From assembly GCA_002633005.1 (NCBI GenBank), contig NMRA01001060.1, positions 1-62,218 of the forward strand: a stretch of DNA of 62,218 nucleotides, in the 5' to 3' direction. Shown piece after piece: positions 25,301 to 48,895 of this stretch. The translations under genes and the position numbers were made by a program. The notes beneath the pieces were generated by a model. It was not told the origin of the DNA. It did not search any database and saw only the letters and a program-made list of their open reading frames with translations. Every line of letters begins with the position of its first letter. Position 1 is the stretch's first letter. Origin of the DNA: Phoronis australis. Lineage: Eukaryota > Animalia > Phoronida.

Positions 25301-28300
25301 TTTATGGATTGGTCATTTTGCATACTACATTAATGTGTTTATCTCCCTTGTAGATCTATAAATGTGACAACCCCCAGTGCCCTCGACCTGCCTGTTACCG
25401 CTCGTTTGGCAGCAATAAGGAAGATAACTTCCCCTGTGATCGGGCCGCCTGCTCTGGCAGGTTCAGACTGCAGAGGTAAGGATAACTCTTGTATTTCTAT
25501 TAGTTTTTTGATAGTGGTTCCTTACAAAATGCTTGACAACATTGTTTCACGTGTTACAGAGGTGTTTGCACATATTTTATGCTTTGGGATGTGCCTGGAA
25601 AGCTTTTCTAAACTGGTCAGTTCTGCTCAAATGTATTGTGAGCATGTTTGGGAATGCCGCTATCGGTAAAACTTAATTGTGATTTAGGCCAAGGGTCCAA
25701 AGTAGACTTACAAAACTGGTGTAAATTCTAATACCAAAAACTTTGTTTTACGTGTTGTTTTATGTGTGTTTTGCCAGTTTAACAGTGCAGTCAGTCTTTG
25801 GTGTTCCTTGGCCCATTGATCGATTCATTCATTCACTTATTCGTTGTGGGAAACCTTGCGGTTGTCTATCTTAATCACGAATTCAGGCTAAAAGAACGCC
25901 AATCATTCAATTTAGAATTTCACAGTTTTTACCATTCTTGTTAGAATTCAATGGCAGATCCAACACATGCCTAGTTTTTGCTTAAACTTAATTTGTCCTT
26001 ATCTTTGCAGGCACGTGTCATTTGTCGATTGCCCCGGTCACGACATTCTTATGGCCACCATGTTGAATGGTGCGGCTGTCATGGACGCAGCATTGTTGCT
26101 AATAGGTGCGTGGGTTGTCGCCTCACTTTCTGAAAAGAAATTGGTTCCGCTCTTACCTCCTGTACTGCTTAAGTAAATAAAATTCAGCCTTTGGCCATAG
26201 TTTTAGTAATGAAGAAATTCACTGTAAACCGTGCCATTGTACTTTATGGGCTAAAAATCATCTTCAAGTGAGTACAGGTAAAATGCCAAGGGTTCAGGTA
26301 GAAAGTTGGTGAATACTTAATAGTTAGCATTCTGTTGCGCCACGGAAATGATGAAATTGAGTGGTCACAATTTCTTTCAGCATCAGGTATTTGAATAGTT
26401 CCGGACTCAGATTCTGGTTGTTCCTGAGGCAAGAAAGCATGATCTGCTTGTCTGTGCAATCTTTTAAATTTTCCTTTACTTGATGTTTTTAATTGAAATT
26501 GAAGTTTGTTATTCAAATGTTGGTCATTCCAGTTATAACGAACACACTGATCACTCATTTAGTGCCACCTGTAGCATTTTTTCTTACAGCAAATTTTAAT
26601 ATGAGCAATATGGTAATGTTTCCTCATTCAAGCAAGAATAAAAGCCAAAATCGAATTTTAGTATTTTTAAGACGCTCACTGTATTGCCAAAATTGTTCAA
26701 AATTCCGTCATGTGTTGATGACACCCCTATTATATAAAGTTTTCAAATAATCGAGTAAGTTTGTCTTTTTGTTAGTCTTCTTGAAAATTTTGACGAAACA
26801 AAATTTCACTGAAGCTAAGGAGCAAGCTACTGGATGGCACTATTACATGCCTTCAACATATATTACATGTCAACAAATTGAAAAGTCTGTCCATTTTTTA
26901 AAAGGAGTTTTGGCACAGGTAGTTCGTGCATTGGCTCAATCGTGAGGCCTGCATATGTCTGATACACTGCAAAACGTCAGATCGCCTGCACTCTTTTTTA
27001 TCTTGTATTCTAATTTGAAGAAACCTTACCATACACTATCTGAGTGCGCACTGCTTCCAGTGTTTGTTACTGCTGTGTCACTATTGACGGTCTGTTTGAC
27101 TGCATCCTGTTCTGTCTGCAGCTGGCAATGAGTCGTGCCCTCAGCCGCAGACCTCGGAGCATCTGGCCGCTATCGAGATAATGAAGTTGAAACACATTCT
27201 GATCCTGCAGAATAAAATCGATCTCGTCAAGGAGAGTCAGGCTAAAGATCAGTATGAGCAGATCCTCAAGTTTGTACAGGGTGAGTTGAAGTGTTGAGAC
27301 TTTGATTTTAATTTGGACATGGTTCATGAATACGGTGGTGAAGACTATTATTTAGTCTTACTAAGAAAAATTAACAACTTTACATCAGTTGCAACATTTT
27401 CGCTCTTCTAAATAATGCAGCGTCACATTTGCAACAAGAGGACTGGACATGCGGCTTTTGATAAAATGGACGTCTGCATTTGAGATAAGTGAAGATAAAG
27501 TTCCTTTCTGACTGATGTCTTCAGCACATCTTGATTTGTACCCAACTTCCATAAAATTGTTTTCCAGGCACGGTGGCAGAGGGCGCCCCGGTCATACCCA
27601 TCTCTGCACAGCTAAAGTATAATATTGAAGTCATCTGTGAATACATATGCAAGAAGATTCCCATACCCATACGTGATTTCACATCCGAACCACGCCTCAT
27701 TGGTAAGATAACGGCAAAACTCTTATCACGTTTTAAGCTGTGTTTGTGATGGCTCTGGTTAAAGTTTCCCAGAGCTTGTAGAGAGGGAAAATAAGAAAAA
27801 GGGTGGCTCTATGCAAGAAGTGTGCTTTTACAAACCTTAGTGTATATAAGCCTGCTGTCATGATCAGTGATTAAGTGGTTGCAGTCATTGCTCTTCAACT
27901 GTTGAAGAGTTCTCTCCTGGGTACAAGCAGCGTACTGAAGCCGTCTTTGCTTATCGTTACGTCACATGTAGTTGGTATTTAAATTTTGTTGTTGAAGACA
28001 GTGCAAACGTTATGTCAAATGGGATTCCGAAATTGCTGTTAATGTATTTGCAATAATATCTGTATCATTTACAATTTAGTTTTTATTTGCCCTTTGTTTT
28101 GTGCGGCAGTTCGATTAGGATGATGATATTGTTTAATTTGATTTTCTTGTTAGTCTATTTTTTCGCCCTCTTCCATTGAGTTTCTATGCTTCTATTTACT
28201 CGACCTTTTCCATCACTGATTTTACCAACCTTGTAGTAAGCCATCTCTGTTTTCTTATCACCCTAAAGTAATCCGATCATTTGATGTCAACAAGCCTGGT

Positions 28301-31300
28301 GCTGAAGTGGAAGACTTGAAAGGAGGTGTTGCCGGTGGTAGCATCCTTAAAGGTGTCCTTAAGGTAACAATGACGTTCTCTATGTTTATGGCACATCAGA
28401 TTGGTCGTTATGAGATAAGGGTACCTGAATGACAAGCTTTGAATCATCTGTATGAAGCACTGAATTATGCACACAATATCTTGTTCGTATGAACCACATT
28501 TTCACAAGTATTAAATGATTCGCACTGATTCCTCGTGATTATATATAGTTTGTATAGTTGGTTATTGTGTTTGGTGTTCATACGTACGAGTATGTGTGTT
28601 ATTTTATGTTTTTTGGTTAGATGTTATAATTTTCCATGATAGAACAGAAAATGGACGGTATTCAGACAATCTGTCAGACTTTTTTCGTGGAATTGGAAGT
28701 TTTGAACAAAATTCACATATTTCAGTCAAATAGTTTTATGGTAACTATTCTATGTGTTTAGTTTACAAGCATGTAATCCATAAAACTTCACAATTCTGTC
28801 CATAAATCGATCGACAATCAGTTCTATGTTCAAATAGTTGTTCATTCTTTTTGAATGTAGTGCCGTTTTTTCCAGATTTGTATAAAAATAAATAGGTAAG
28901 CGTGTGTCATGTTATAGATCTGCAAAAGTAGAAAAATATTATTTATCTCAGTCTTTTAAATAACAAAACGACATTTGCTTATGTTTCCGTCTTTTATCGG
29001 TGAGAGTAGAAACAAGACACTGTTTTTCACAGATTGGTCAGGAAATTGAAGTGAGACCAGGCATTGTATCCAAAGATCAGGAAGGCAAGCTTAGTTGCCG
29101 ACCCATCTACTCGAGAATTGTTTCACTCTTTGCCGAGCAGAATGACCTACAGTATGCTGTGCCAGGAGGCCTCATTGGTATGTTTGTTTTTGCTGTCTTT
29201 TAAGCCACCTTTTGTGACTGTGGACATGAAAGTTGCTTTAGGGGGAAACGAAGCGTGTTAAACTCATAAGCATTTTGTAAGTTTCTGGTGTTGGTGTTAT
29301 GGTAAAAAAATTCAAGATTGATGAAAAATTTGTATGATGGATTGAGCAAAGAATTTTGGAGTTTATGCTGTCGAAGTGCACGGGCTCTTATACTTTCGTG
29401 GAAACGCCCACTATTCGAATATATGACCACCTGACTGATCTTAGGTTTTTTACCACTTATTAAATACTCACTCACCTTCCCAACATGTTTTTCAAGAAAT
29501 GCCGAAAGTGTAACATTTCGAAAACATTTAGCAAAATTTGCTTTGGAATAACTCCTAAAATCGCATGGTCTCATGGATGTTCAGTGAAATTTTTTCAAAA
29601 GTTAGGGGTGGGTGTAATTTACACGAAGACTTGTGTGCTCTTTACAAGTTTACTCAAAAGTTGGGTTGGCATTAAAATGAGCAGTGGTCATTTTCATGGC
29701 AGAATACGATAATACATAAATTATATTTCAAAATTTCTATAACTGAAATATTTCTTCTGCCATTACAGTTTATTATAATTGACATATTTACTACTTCACG
29801 TGGATCAATGAAAATGCCCATCCAATAATTTCTTTGCTAAGCAGTGTATTTGTCAACCTGCTTAAAGTGAGAGCTCATGAATAACTGAAAGAAGGCTGTT
29901 ATGCAGCATCGTCTAGTGTTTGCTAATATACAGACTCGGTTGTTTCAGGTGTGGGCACTAAGATCGACCCGACCCTGTGCCGAGCTGACCGTCTAGTGGG
30001 CCAAGTTCTGGGCGCCGTTGGTTACCTGCCAGACATCTACACGGAGCTGGAGGTGTCGTACTTCTTGCTGAGGCGACTGCTGGGAGTGAGGACTGAGGGC
30101 GACAAGAAGGGAGCAAAGGTGAGAATGCAACCACTGTAATTGTACGCAACAAAAATAACCAAAAAATTCTGTTTCCCTGCCATGACTGACTAATTTCAAC
30201 TGATCTGATGGCGAATTCTACTTGCAATGGGCCGTCATGACAGGATATTTCACTTGTGTGTAGTTGCCAGGATAAGAAATTTTGGGTCTTTTTGCCAGCT
30301 GTTTTTGGTGAAACACATTAGTGGGTTGGATGCACAAAAGTTTGAGTCTTTGAAAAGACAGATCACGTTCTGTACAACAGTTGTTCTATTTGTGTGCTTC
30401 GCCAAATTTTAGTGGCTTTACAATTTCCAGCCTCCGATACTTGAACTCTTCCCCTTTTTGCACTTTTTAGTAATTTACAATGTATTACAAATGAAAATTT
30501 TTGTTCTGTTAGGGACTTCCAATGATTGTTTAAAATGATATTTCTCATAGCATGAAAGGCTCTTATTAAACAAGCAGAAAATAGTCCTGGTTAGCTCGAC
30601 GTTCTTTGTGTAGATCTTCTAATAGGCGGGCCAAAAGGTTGAACCGGTTGTACAAAATAACTTTAGTGACACTTAAATCTTGTTAGTCTCCAGGATCTTC
30701 GTGAGTTAAATTTTCAAATCACCAAGTTTCTTTTAAATGTATGGGCATACTTGTTCAAATAATAAAGATTATGACTCATAAAACCTCACCCCTTAATAAT
30801 AGATGTCTCACTGTACTGACAGTGCAAATTCCTCGTCCGCCAGAAGTACCTTCATGACGAGTTGGGCTTTGTGTTTAGGTTCAGAAATTGTCCAAGAATG
30901 AAGTTTTGATGGTGAACATCGGCTCCCTGTCCAGCGGTGGCCGCGTGCTGGCAGTCAAAGGAGATTTGGCCAAAATCGGTCTAACCAGTCCCGTGTGCAC
31001 CGAGATTGGTGAAAAAATTGCTCTCAGTCGACGAGTTGAGAAGCACTGGAGGTAAATGTGATGTGCTTACATTGAATGTCTGCCCTATGAGTTATGTCCG
31101 TTGTTCTCCAAGAGAAAATTTCTATAATGGTCTCGTATTCCTTAGATTATGAGGAAATAGAGGTATTCGTGGTTGTCAATGATTTGCATATCTGTTGATT
31201 ATTAGACAAATTGCTACCGTAGGTTTTAAAAATAGTGGGACAGTTAGTTTTGTCCCCCGCCCGCATAACAGTGGATTATTTCAGGTGCCACTTCGGTGTT

Positions 31301-31780
31301 ATTTAGGGTTATTTTGGCCATTTACTGAGTGAAGGGGGTTCATAAAACTTGAAAACTAATGCATTGGTAATTTTGTTGTTGCTTGATGTCAACAATATTA
31401 TTCAACTGGGTGGCAATTGAATGTTTTTAATTGTTGCAAGACGTCAAAACATTGTAAAGTAATGATACTGCGATAAGAAATTGTGTTGTTTTCTAGCGCA
31501 TAATGTTCACTACTGGATTTTGATTATTAAGTAAACTATCCATTGTTTCTTACCACCCCATGTCTATTGGGAACATGGATAAACAGAATGTGAATTGGTC
31601 TCCACAACTGGTTCAACAAGACACCTCTTCAATACGAGATTACATCGTGTGTACAACAGTCCTGAATATCTTCAACAAGATGCTATTGGTAAAGCTATTC
31701 TGTCTCTGTGTTACAGATTGATTGGTTGGGGTCAAATTCGAAGAGGAATTTCAGTGAAACCTGCGGGCAGTGAAGACTAG
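22387..31780 (+). CDS. EIF2S3: Eukaryotic translation initiation factor 2 subunit gamma, 468 aa
   Basis: Exons 22387-22443, 24463-24526, 25047-25174, 25354-25475, 26011-26105, 27122-27280, 27568-27702, 28269-28363, 29033-29177, 29949-30118, 30879-31051, 31717-31780; total 1407 nt, phases consistent. Motifs [36 protein letters not shown] and [15 protein letters not shown]. Confidence 0.98.
22775..23325. mobile_element. Partial copy of the TAGGGTG-ended element at 60161, in EIF2S3 intron 1
   Basis: Colinear similarity to 60161-60485 (gccatttttcatgattttcacaagctc; ttcactcaccggtaaattcttgtga), interrupted by ~250 bp of unrelated sequence. Confidence 0.7.
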
Positions 31781-31974
31781 TGCCAGCAACAGCCCATCTA
31801 TCATACATGATTGTACACCGACATATGTATGCTGTGCCAGTGCAGAATATGTATATAATACGACAGCAGGGCAGGCATCTTAATACAGCACTGGTTGTAT
31901 TTGGTAATTGCCAGCCCGTTACATTCAAGTCCTTTGTCATTTTTGTTTACAAAGATGCCATCCTTGTGATGCGG

Positions 31975-32006
31975 AATAAACATATTTCAACACAATTATG
32001 TTTATT
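31975..32006. terminator. Convergent candidate poly(A) signals of EIF2S3 and the SFT2 gene
   Basis: AATAAA (+) at 31975-80 and AATAAA (-) at 32001-06. Confidence 0.5.
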
Positions 32007-32913
32007 GCAAGAAAATTTACAAGCAGCGAAGTGATTATACAGCACTATAATCATGGTTGATGCAGAAAATTAACATATAATGTACGTGCACTAACATCAG
32101 AGTCACTTTATGGTTGTGAATGCATTTGGCAACTTTCATACAAAATGAATGTTCAGTCATAGCACCAAATGATAACAGAATTGGAAAGCACAATGCATAC
32201 AACAAAAAATATCCAATTGTTTAGCATGACATTTTAACCTTTTTGACCTTCTAAGCACAAGTAGACCTTTTTGGGTTAATCCTTCATGTGGTTTCTTCTT
32301 CCCCTCACCATGAAAATATAGTCAACTTACATGTACTTTATACAAAGTATTAAAAACCTTTTTTACACCTGTACAAGTGCGGCAACTAAATATTTGAACA
32401 CTTAAACAGCATGTATGAACTTAAGTCGTCCATAAACCTGGGTTCCCTCCCAGAAGCAAACTTTTGATTCAGGCCACTTACCACTACAAAATTTGTTTTT
32501 GACTTGGAAGAGAAATGACTGAGTTGGCACAAAAACTAAAGGTTAGTCATTTCTTGAGACCTTGCTCGACACACAAAATGACATTGTAATAAGCCATTTT
32601 GAAGAGCCCAGTCCCCCACAATAACAAAATATCATTCTACTGTAGCCCTGAAATTCTTCCTCGGAACCGGTAAACGCACACAAAATTCACGAGTTTCTTA
32701 ATTAATTTAGTGAAATAGGTTACAACACGACTTCAATCCTAGAAATAACCATCTATAATCCTCCTTGCATGTAATCCCTCACCACTGTCGTAATTTGAAA
32801 ATAAATAGGCTGTACACTGCCTTCAGCTCTAATATTCGAACAAATGGCAGACAACAATAGAAGTCTGTTAATTCTCCGTGGGAATCGTTTATGACTACCG
32901 CGACACAACGTGC

Positions 32914-42790
<9,877 letters not shown>

Positions 42791-44619
42791 TTTGACAAAA
42801 TGGTCGCGTCTTCAACTGAACTGGAGTCTTGGTGACTCAGGATCTTAAGACAACTTCATGAACAGATTTTGCAATTCCACTTTTGTTACGGAAGTTTCGG
42901 CAGAATGTTCTTCCGGAAATATCTTGCATTCGATCTTTTCGTTCATGTTGCGCCCTCTGTAGGACTTTGGGATGGCATTCAAAATCCTACAAGTTGCAGG
43001 CCAGAGCACGTGCATTCTTTTGGTAGTCGTGATGAATTGCTAAACATTTTTCCAACCATGACATTTCTTCTTTCAGTTGTGATTGTGTTTAATTTTGATT
43101 TTGATTTAATAGCGTCGCCCAGACCACCGCCGGCTTGGACATTTTTGCCGTACGAAAATCGACTTCAACTGACGAAAGAATCACTCTCCCTCGATCGTCC
43201 ACTCATGTGTTTTATAGGAAATCCCGAGTGGTAATTTACCAGGACTATCCAGGGCGAAACTGAGTAGAATTTTCAATGGTGTATCAAAATGTCTGACAGA
43301 GTTTCAGTCAACCCGGCCTTTTCTTATGTCTGCACTAACGGCGCTGAACAAAGACGCCGGCGAAGGCATGGCCCGGCGGGTGAAATCAGTAAAGCACGGC
43401 AACATGGATCGAAAATTTTCATCGAAAAAATACGGACGATCAAAATTTTCGTCGGAGCTCACCTCTTTTTCCACACTGGCAAACTGACCCCGACTGCGCC
43501 GGGACAGACATGACACATGTAAAAATCTCCTTCGCGCCGGCTCACTGCCGGGAACTCAGTGACCTTGCACTGAGGCCACACACGTACATAGCAATTTTTT
43601 CTACCTTCGCAAATCATCAAACGAAGCAGACCTTGTAATGATTTCGAAATCGTGAAATTGGCTGGAAAAAGGACCTCACAGTTAATTCAATATTGACGAA
43701 GCACCCGGCGACCCATTCTAACAGGCCCGGCATTACTAGTGCGATCAATCATGCACCTTAGGTTGTACCTCGGCTTACGTTTTTACACGTTAAAGTTATT
43801 CATAGTGATCAGTCGAAGTCATTTCGGTTGCAACAGTTCGTTTTATAAAAGTGCATGGTATTGTGCGTTCAACGTCACGTAACTACGCCGCTTACAATAA
43901 CAAACAACTTGAAGCGACTATGATAAAACTGGTAGTTTCGTCTGCTACTGAATTGAATTTTAATAGAGAAACTATTTTCATGTGTTTTGACGGAGACGTA
44001 AACTGAGGACCAACGTTGTCGGGTGCCAGTACATTCCACTTGGCCCGAAAGTGTCGCAAGGGCCAAGACTCCGCAATAGACATATCCGCCTGGCGAACGA
44101 CACTCGGGAATGTGCCAGGTAAAGGCCATCCATGTCGGAAATTACTTTGTTAAATTTCGTTAAATGCAGTGACACATTTTGCGACTTTCGGAGCACGTAG
44201 GCTACATACACACACTGCATTGTGCCGTTTTTTACTCTCCCACTTGTAGTTAAAAAAGAGAAAGTGGTAAACGCAGTTTATCTAAAAACAGAATTAGGCC
44301 TACACTCTCTTAATTGTTCATCAGGATGTTCGATACCAGAGTAAATACTTCTCATGCTTTGCATCCACTGATAAATTGAAAAAATTACTAGAAATTTTCG
44401 AGCTGGTATTTTTTCAGTTTACCTGTGGATGCAACGCTTGAAAGGTATTCACACATACTTCCTTTTCACTAACAGAATTACACGATCAGGTCGGTGGTCA
44501 CCAAAAGCTTAGACCTCTAGTACTTGACCGCCGATAAAGTAAAATATTAATGACAATTAGTGTCGAGCCGAATAAAATTAGACAATAAATAGACAGGTAA
44601 AACACTTTAAAATCCGCTA

Positions 44620-44666
44620 AACACAAGCTTTTGAGACTTAACGAGTGTAGCTCTTCATCAGGTATG
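44620..44666 (-). ncRNA. Degenerate minimal type-I hammerhead ribozyme (Penelope-associated type)
   Basis: Minus strand auac-CUGAUGA-a-GAG..CUC-AAAA-GC-UU-gugu: stem I auac/gugu, stem II GAG/CUC, palindromic AAGCUU stem III. The core GAAA reads AAAA. Confidence 0.5.
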
Positions 44667-47600
44667 AAGACAAGTTTGGCGCGAAAATTTACCGGATTTT
44701 AAAGTGTTTTGCCTGTCTCGATATTTAAGGCAGTAAAACAAATATTGTGTACTCATGCGCGAAATACCACAAAGTATGTGTTCTACTCAAAATATTCTAC
44801 TTTTCGGAAACCGGCAGCGACAATAGACAAAGGACACACATACGCACACATACACACAACGCTCAAACGGGCACATTTCGAGAACTACCAACACAATGAG
44901 AACCAGTGCGTTCTCAAAAAGAGAGAGACAAAGAGGGTCATCCATTGTTAATTTTTCCACAGTTTCTGAACTACTGAAAAATGGATATTTTCTCATTTGA
45001 GTGTACTTAAACACGTTCCTGGACATTTCCATTGAGGGAGAAACATTTCTGTCTATTAGGCAGTACATGTCATATTTTCACCGACAGACGAGTAAGTTAA
45101 TTGTATCTGAGTTGCGCCATTTAACATAGAAAGCGTGTGTAGACGAGAGATTATGTAAAGTTTATGTTTTAGCAGAGAACTAATTAGGTTACTCATTGCA
45201 GACAAGAAATTCATTGGTAGCAATACATGTCCAGTAAAGATGGGTAATATATTTTGCCCTTTTGCACAAAATGTACAGAGATCTGAATGTTTGACAGCGA
45301 TTTGACAAGAAATGCTTTGGTTGTCAAAAATCTATACCGGGACCTTACCTGGAATCATTTTGATCTCGTATCGCAAGTAAATTTTAGGGAACAGGCATAC
45401 ACTTCTCTCCATCATGAGTGAGTCAGTAACGTCGACCTGCGATTCCCGCTTCAGTTCGTAGGCTGTGTTTTTTCGTAAAAGAATTCAATTAAGCGGGAAT
45501 TTACACTTTCGTTCGCAAAGGATTCTTACACTTACGGAATTTTGGAAGCCTTATCGTAAATTTCCCATGTCTGGAATCTTATTTGTCTGGGCGGCGATGT
45601 CAAAGTAAGAAACTAGTGATATAGGCCTAGTATCTTCTGAGCGAAGGGCCGTCTTAATTATTCGGGCCACACCGTACTTGGGGATCCTTGACATATGACA
45701 AGTTCAGTAAAACTTGAACATCCCCAAGTTGAAGCTTACTAGATTGCTTATTTCCCACTTCAGTCTACCACCGTTATGTTTTCACAAAGTAAAATGTAAA
45801 GTAAGGCATTTTCACGAAAGACGTCGCTCTAGTCGGTTAGGTGATGATGCTCTCGCTTTTCTGACTCCGACATTTCGATGCAGCTAAGCCGTGCAACGAA
45901 TAAAGTTCATCATCGGGTTCACTTGGATCACGTAGCAGAGAATGAAAACCGCAATTCAAGTTACCTGTACAAGTTTGACATACATCAGTGACATCTAGCG
46001 GCATACATAAGAGCCCCATGGCACGGCCTGGGAATCCGTCAGGTGTCTTTGAGGAAAGCATATCTTATTCAAAGCACCCGGCCAGCGCCACTAACATGAA
46101 ATCTTCAGGTACCGAAGTGGCGTTATTTTGTTTGTAAAAAACTCAACATTGAACTACAATTCTTGCCTAGATGACAACTTATATACCGCTCGTTTCATAG
46201 TCACATCACCCGTGTGCCAAATTTTGCTCGGCGGGCTTGCTTGTGTACAAGTTACACTAGGCCGGGTCATTTTACCACGTACGATTATTATTTTTAATAT
46301 GCCAAAGGTAATCCAGTAACCCCTGAGCTTGTGTTTGGTAAACTTTTGACTGAACATGAAGTATCGACCAAACTTGGGATACCAAAAACGCGGAGAACGT
46401 CCTGTCCCCTGCTAATACATACGGTTGATTTGAGTGATAAATTAGGATTCAAAAAAGCACACAAGACTGCTCGATCGCCATGTCATAGAATTGATATTAT
46501 GGCTCTTGGTGCGTGGCGTTTCCCCTCAGCTAAGTGGGCGACAACCGATCGCTTTGCCCTTTGAATAACACTTCCAACACGCTCTCACCAACTTCACCCG
46601 TCCTGGTCCCACCAATTTCCGGCAGCACCAATTTCACCCGCCCCACTTGAAACCCGCGTTCTTATATATCTTTTCCGTAGTCTATCACGTACTGGATCCT
46701 CCGATGCCCACGTTTCCTTGTTTTTATTATTAATATTTGTCCGGCGTATCTGCATAATACGTACGCCGCCAATCATTTCCGGCACTAGAACTGTACTATA
46801 TTAGGAATTGTTGTTGAGGATTTTGAAGGAGAATAATTCGAAATAATAATAATTGAAACCATGCAGCGTGAGTTCAACATATTTGGCCGGGTGCGTACAT
46901 GGTTTATGTCTCGTATTATTCACCAGTGGCGGATCTACGGGGGGGATCAGGGGGTTTAAACCCCCCCTCGGGCCAGGACCCAAAAATAAAAAAACAAAAA
47001 AAACAAAAACGTCTCCAGTAAAATAAAAACGGCACCGCCAGCGTGTGTAAACCCCAAGTAAACCAACTTGGAANACGCTCTCATCAACTTCACCCGTCCT
47101 GGTCCCTCCAATTTCCGGCAGCACCAATTTCACCCGCCCCACTTGAAACCCGCGTTCTTATATATCTTTTCCGTAGTCTATCACGTACTGGATCTTCCGA
47201 TGCCCATGTTTCCTTGTTTTTATTATTAGATTTGTCCGGCGTATCTGCATAATACGTACGCCGCATAGCTTGACTCGTGGCCTCAGCCCAGTCTCGGTCT
47301 TGTCTGCCGCCATCCGGCTCCAGCTTATTGTTTTCCTGTCTGCATGGTCATAAACTTACGCAATAGCTCATTTGCCATTATAACCATAGCGGCGTGCGCA
47401 GACTCGTAACTGCAGTCCCGCGCCCAGGCCGGCAAACATGCAATGGAAGTCGGCCTGATCAACTGCGGCCGCATCAGGCCAGTCTGCATGGCCTCACAGG
47501 TGGATTCCGTGTTGATCGCCTCCGACAGCATATGTGAAATGATAAACTATTGAACTGGCAGACGTTCAAAACTGTCCCGACTTAACTCAGTGCATCATAT

Positions 47601-47996
47601 GTAAACCACAAACCGTAGCTACAAGGCTGAGCGGCTATGATCATCTGCTGTGGAACTATACCAGGAAGATCTCTTCCCTGCTATAGTATTGAAACTCAGG
47701 CAGTAAGAAAGTTGCTTAGTGTGTTTTAGTTATTTAAAAGCAAAGATCATCATGATCTTTAAATGATTTAAAGGTAATGTTACTTGCACCAGTGCCAATT
47801 GTACTGACGTTTGTAAACTGAGTTCATTTTTTTACTGAAATAGGATTGTGTCATTGCCCCCGTTGCCGTGACTGACTTCGAGCCAGTCCTCTAAACTGGT
47901 AGTTAGCGCACCACTTGACACCACTTGACCGCTAAGAACGTGTTGATGAACTTGGTCCAACCGATATGACTTCGGATCTTTGTTCCACGAAACCAG

Positions 47997-48490
47997 TTAA
48001 ACTGACCCTGCAAATGACTCACTAGCTAATTTCGAGAGCTTTTTACACCCTGGCTCCGAGCGTGAAATGCCATACACCGCATTTGATTTTTTCTCTTTCG
48101 TGGTCTTATCTTTCACATTCACCAGTTGACTCCTTATGGTGTTAATTGGTTTGAACGCAACACAAATATCGTGACCCCTCATATGAGATTTAACCTGGTC
48201 TGAGATTCCTGGCACAAAAGGGTAATGTTATCCTGAAGTTTCTCCGTTGTCAGGCTGCGTGTTCTGAGACCTGTCTCCGCAATGGTTTGCCTCATGCTTG
48301 TGGAATGGCCACTCAGGATAGCCACATCTCTTTAATACTGTTCTGTTGTAATCCAATTCAAAATCAATGCCCTCCTCCGTGTTGGGGATGGTTTTTGCAC
48401 GATAGTCCAACGTTCGAATCACGCCCATTTTGTGTATCAAAGGGTGATTGGAGTCAAACGGAAGATAGTAGTCCGTGTGAGTGGGCATAG
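47997..48490 (-). mobile_element. Penelope-like retroelement fragment (RT C-terminus/linker to GIY-YIG start), frameshifted
   Basis: PTHTDYYLPFDSNHPLIHKMGVIRTL..RCGYPEW and (LPF)VPGISDQVKSHMR...FKPINTIRSQLVNVKDK...SNAVYGI. Confidence 0.85.
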
Positions 48491-48895
48491 GAAGCCCACT
48501 CACAGGACCAGGTTGCTTGTATTTTCAAAGTACAATTACCCCGCTGTGTTGCAAAGTGAGTTTATTGATATCGTTTTGTAGAAAGAGCTTTAATCTTTCT
48601 GATGAAATCATCTATTTTTTTAATGAAACTTAACCCTGAAATTAGTCTGGGGAAGTAGACCAAAAACCGCGGTTTGGGTAGTTGTCCCTTCCTGGTTATC
48701 TCTTCCTGATAGTACTACTTTGTAAGTATCTAATAATATAACATAGTACTACTTTGTAAGTATCTAATAATATAACATAGTACTACTTTGTAAGTATCTA
48801 ATAATATAACATAGTCTTTGTAAATATTGTAAATGTCTAAATACAACTAATGCTTCCCATCTACTAACCACAAGCTAATGTTCAATGTTGATTTG
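48460..48895. repeat. Direct repeat copy 1, containing a 34-bp VNTR x3
   Basis: Near-identical to 50945-51489; VNTR unit atagtactactttgtaagtatctaataatataac at 48709, 48743 and 48777. Confidence 0.9.

Noticed and set aside
24527-25353. Su(var)3-9 exon nested in eIF2-gamma as in insects
   Set aside because: These introns are short and contain no chromo or SET-domain ORF.
27850-30215. Intronic C/D snoRNA candidates in EIF2S3
   Set aside because: Box C/D-like words lack proper spacing, terminal stems or recognisable rRNA guides; a snoscan/Infernal run would be needed.
48599-48635. CTGATGA...GAAA as a second hammerhead (also at ~51095)
   Set aside because: Stem II is poor and stem I cannot be paired.
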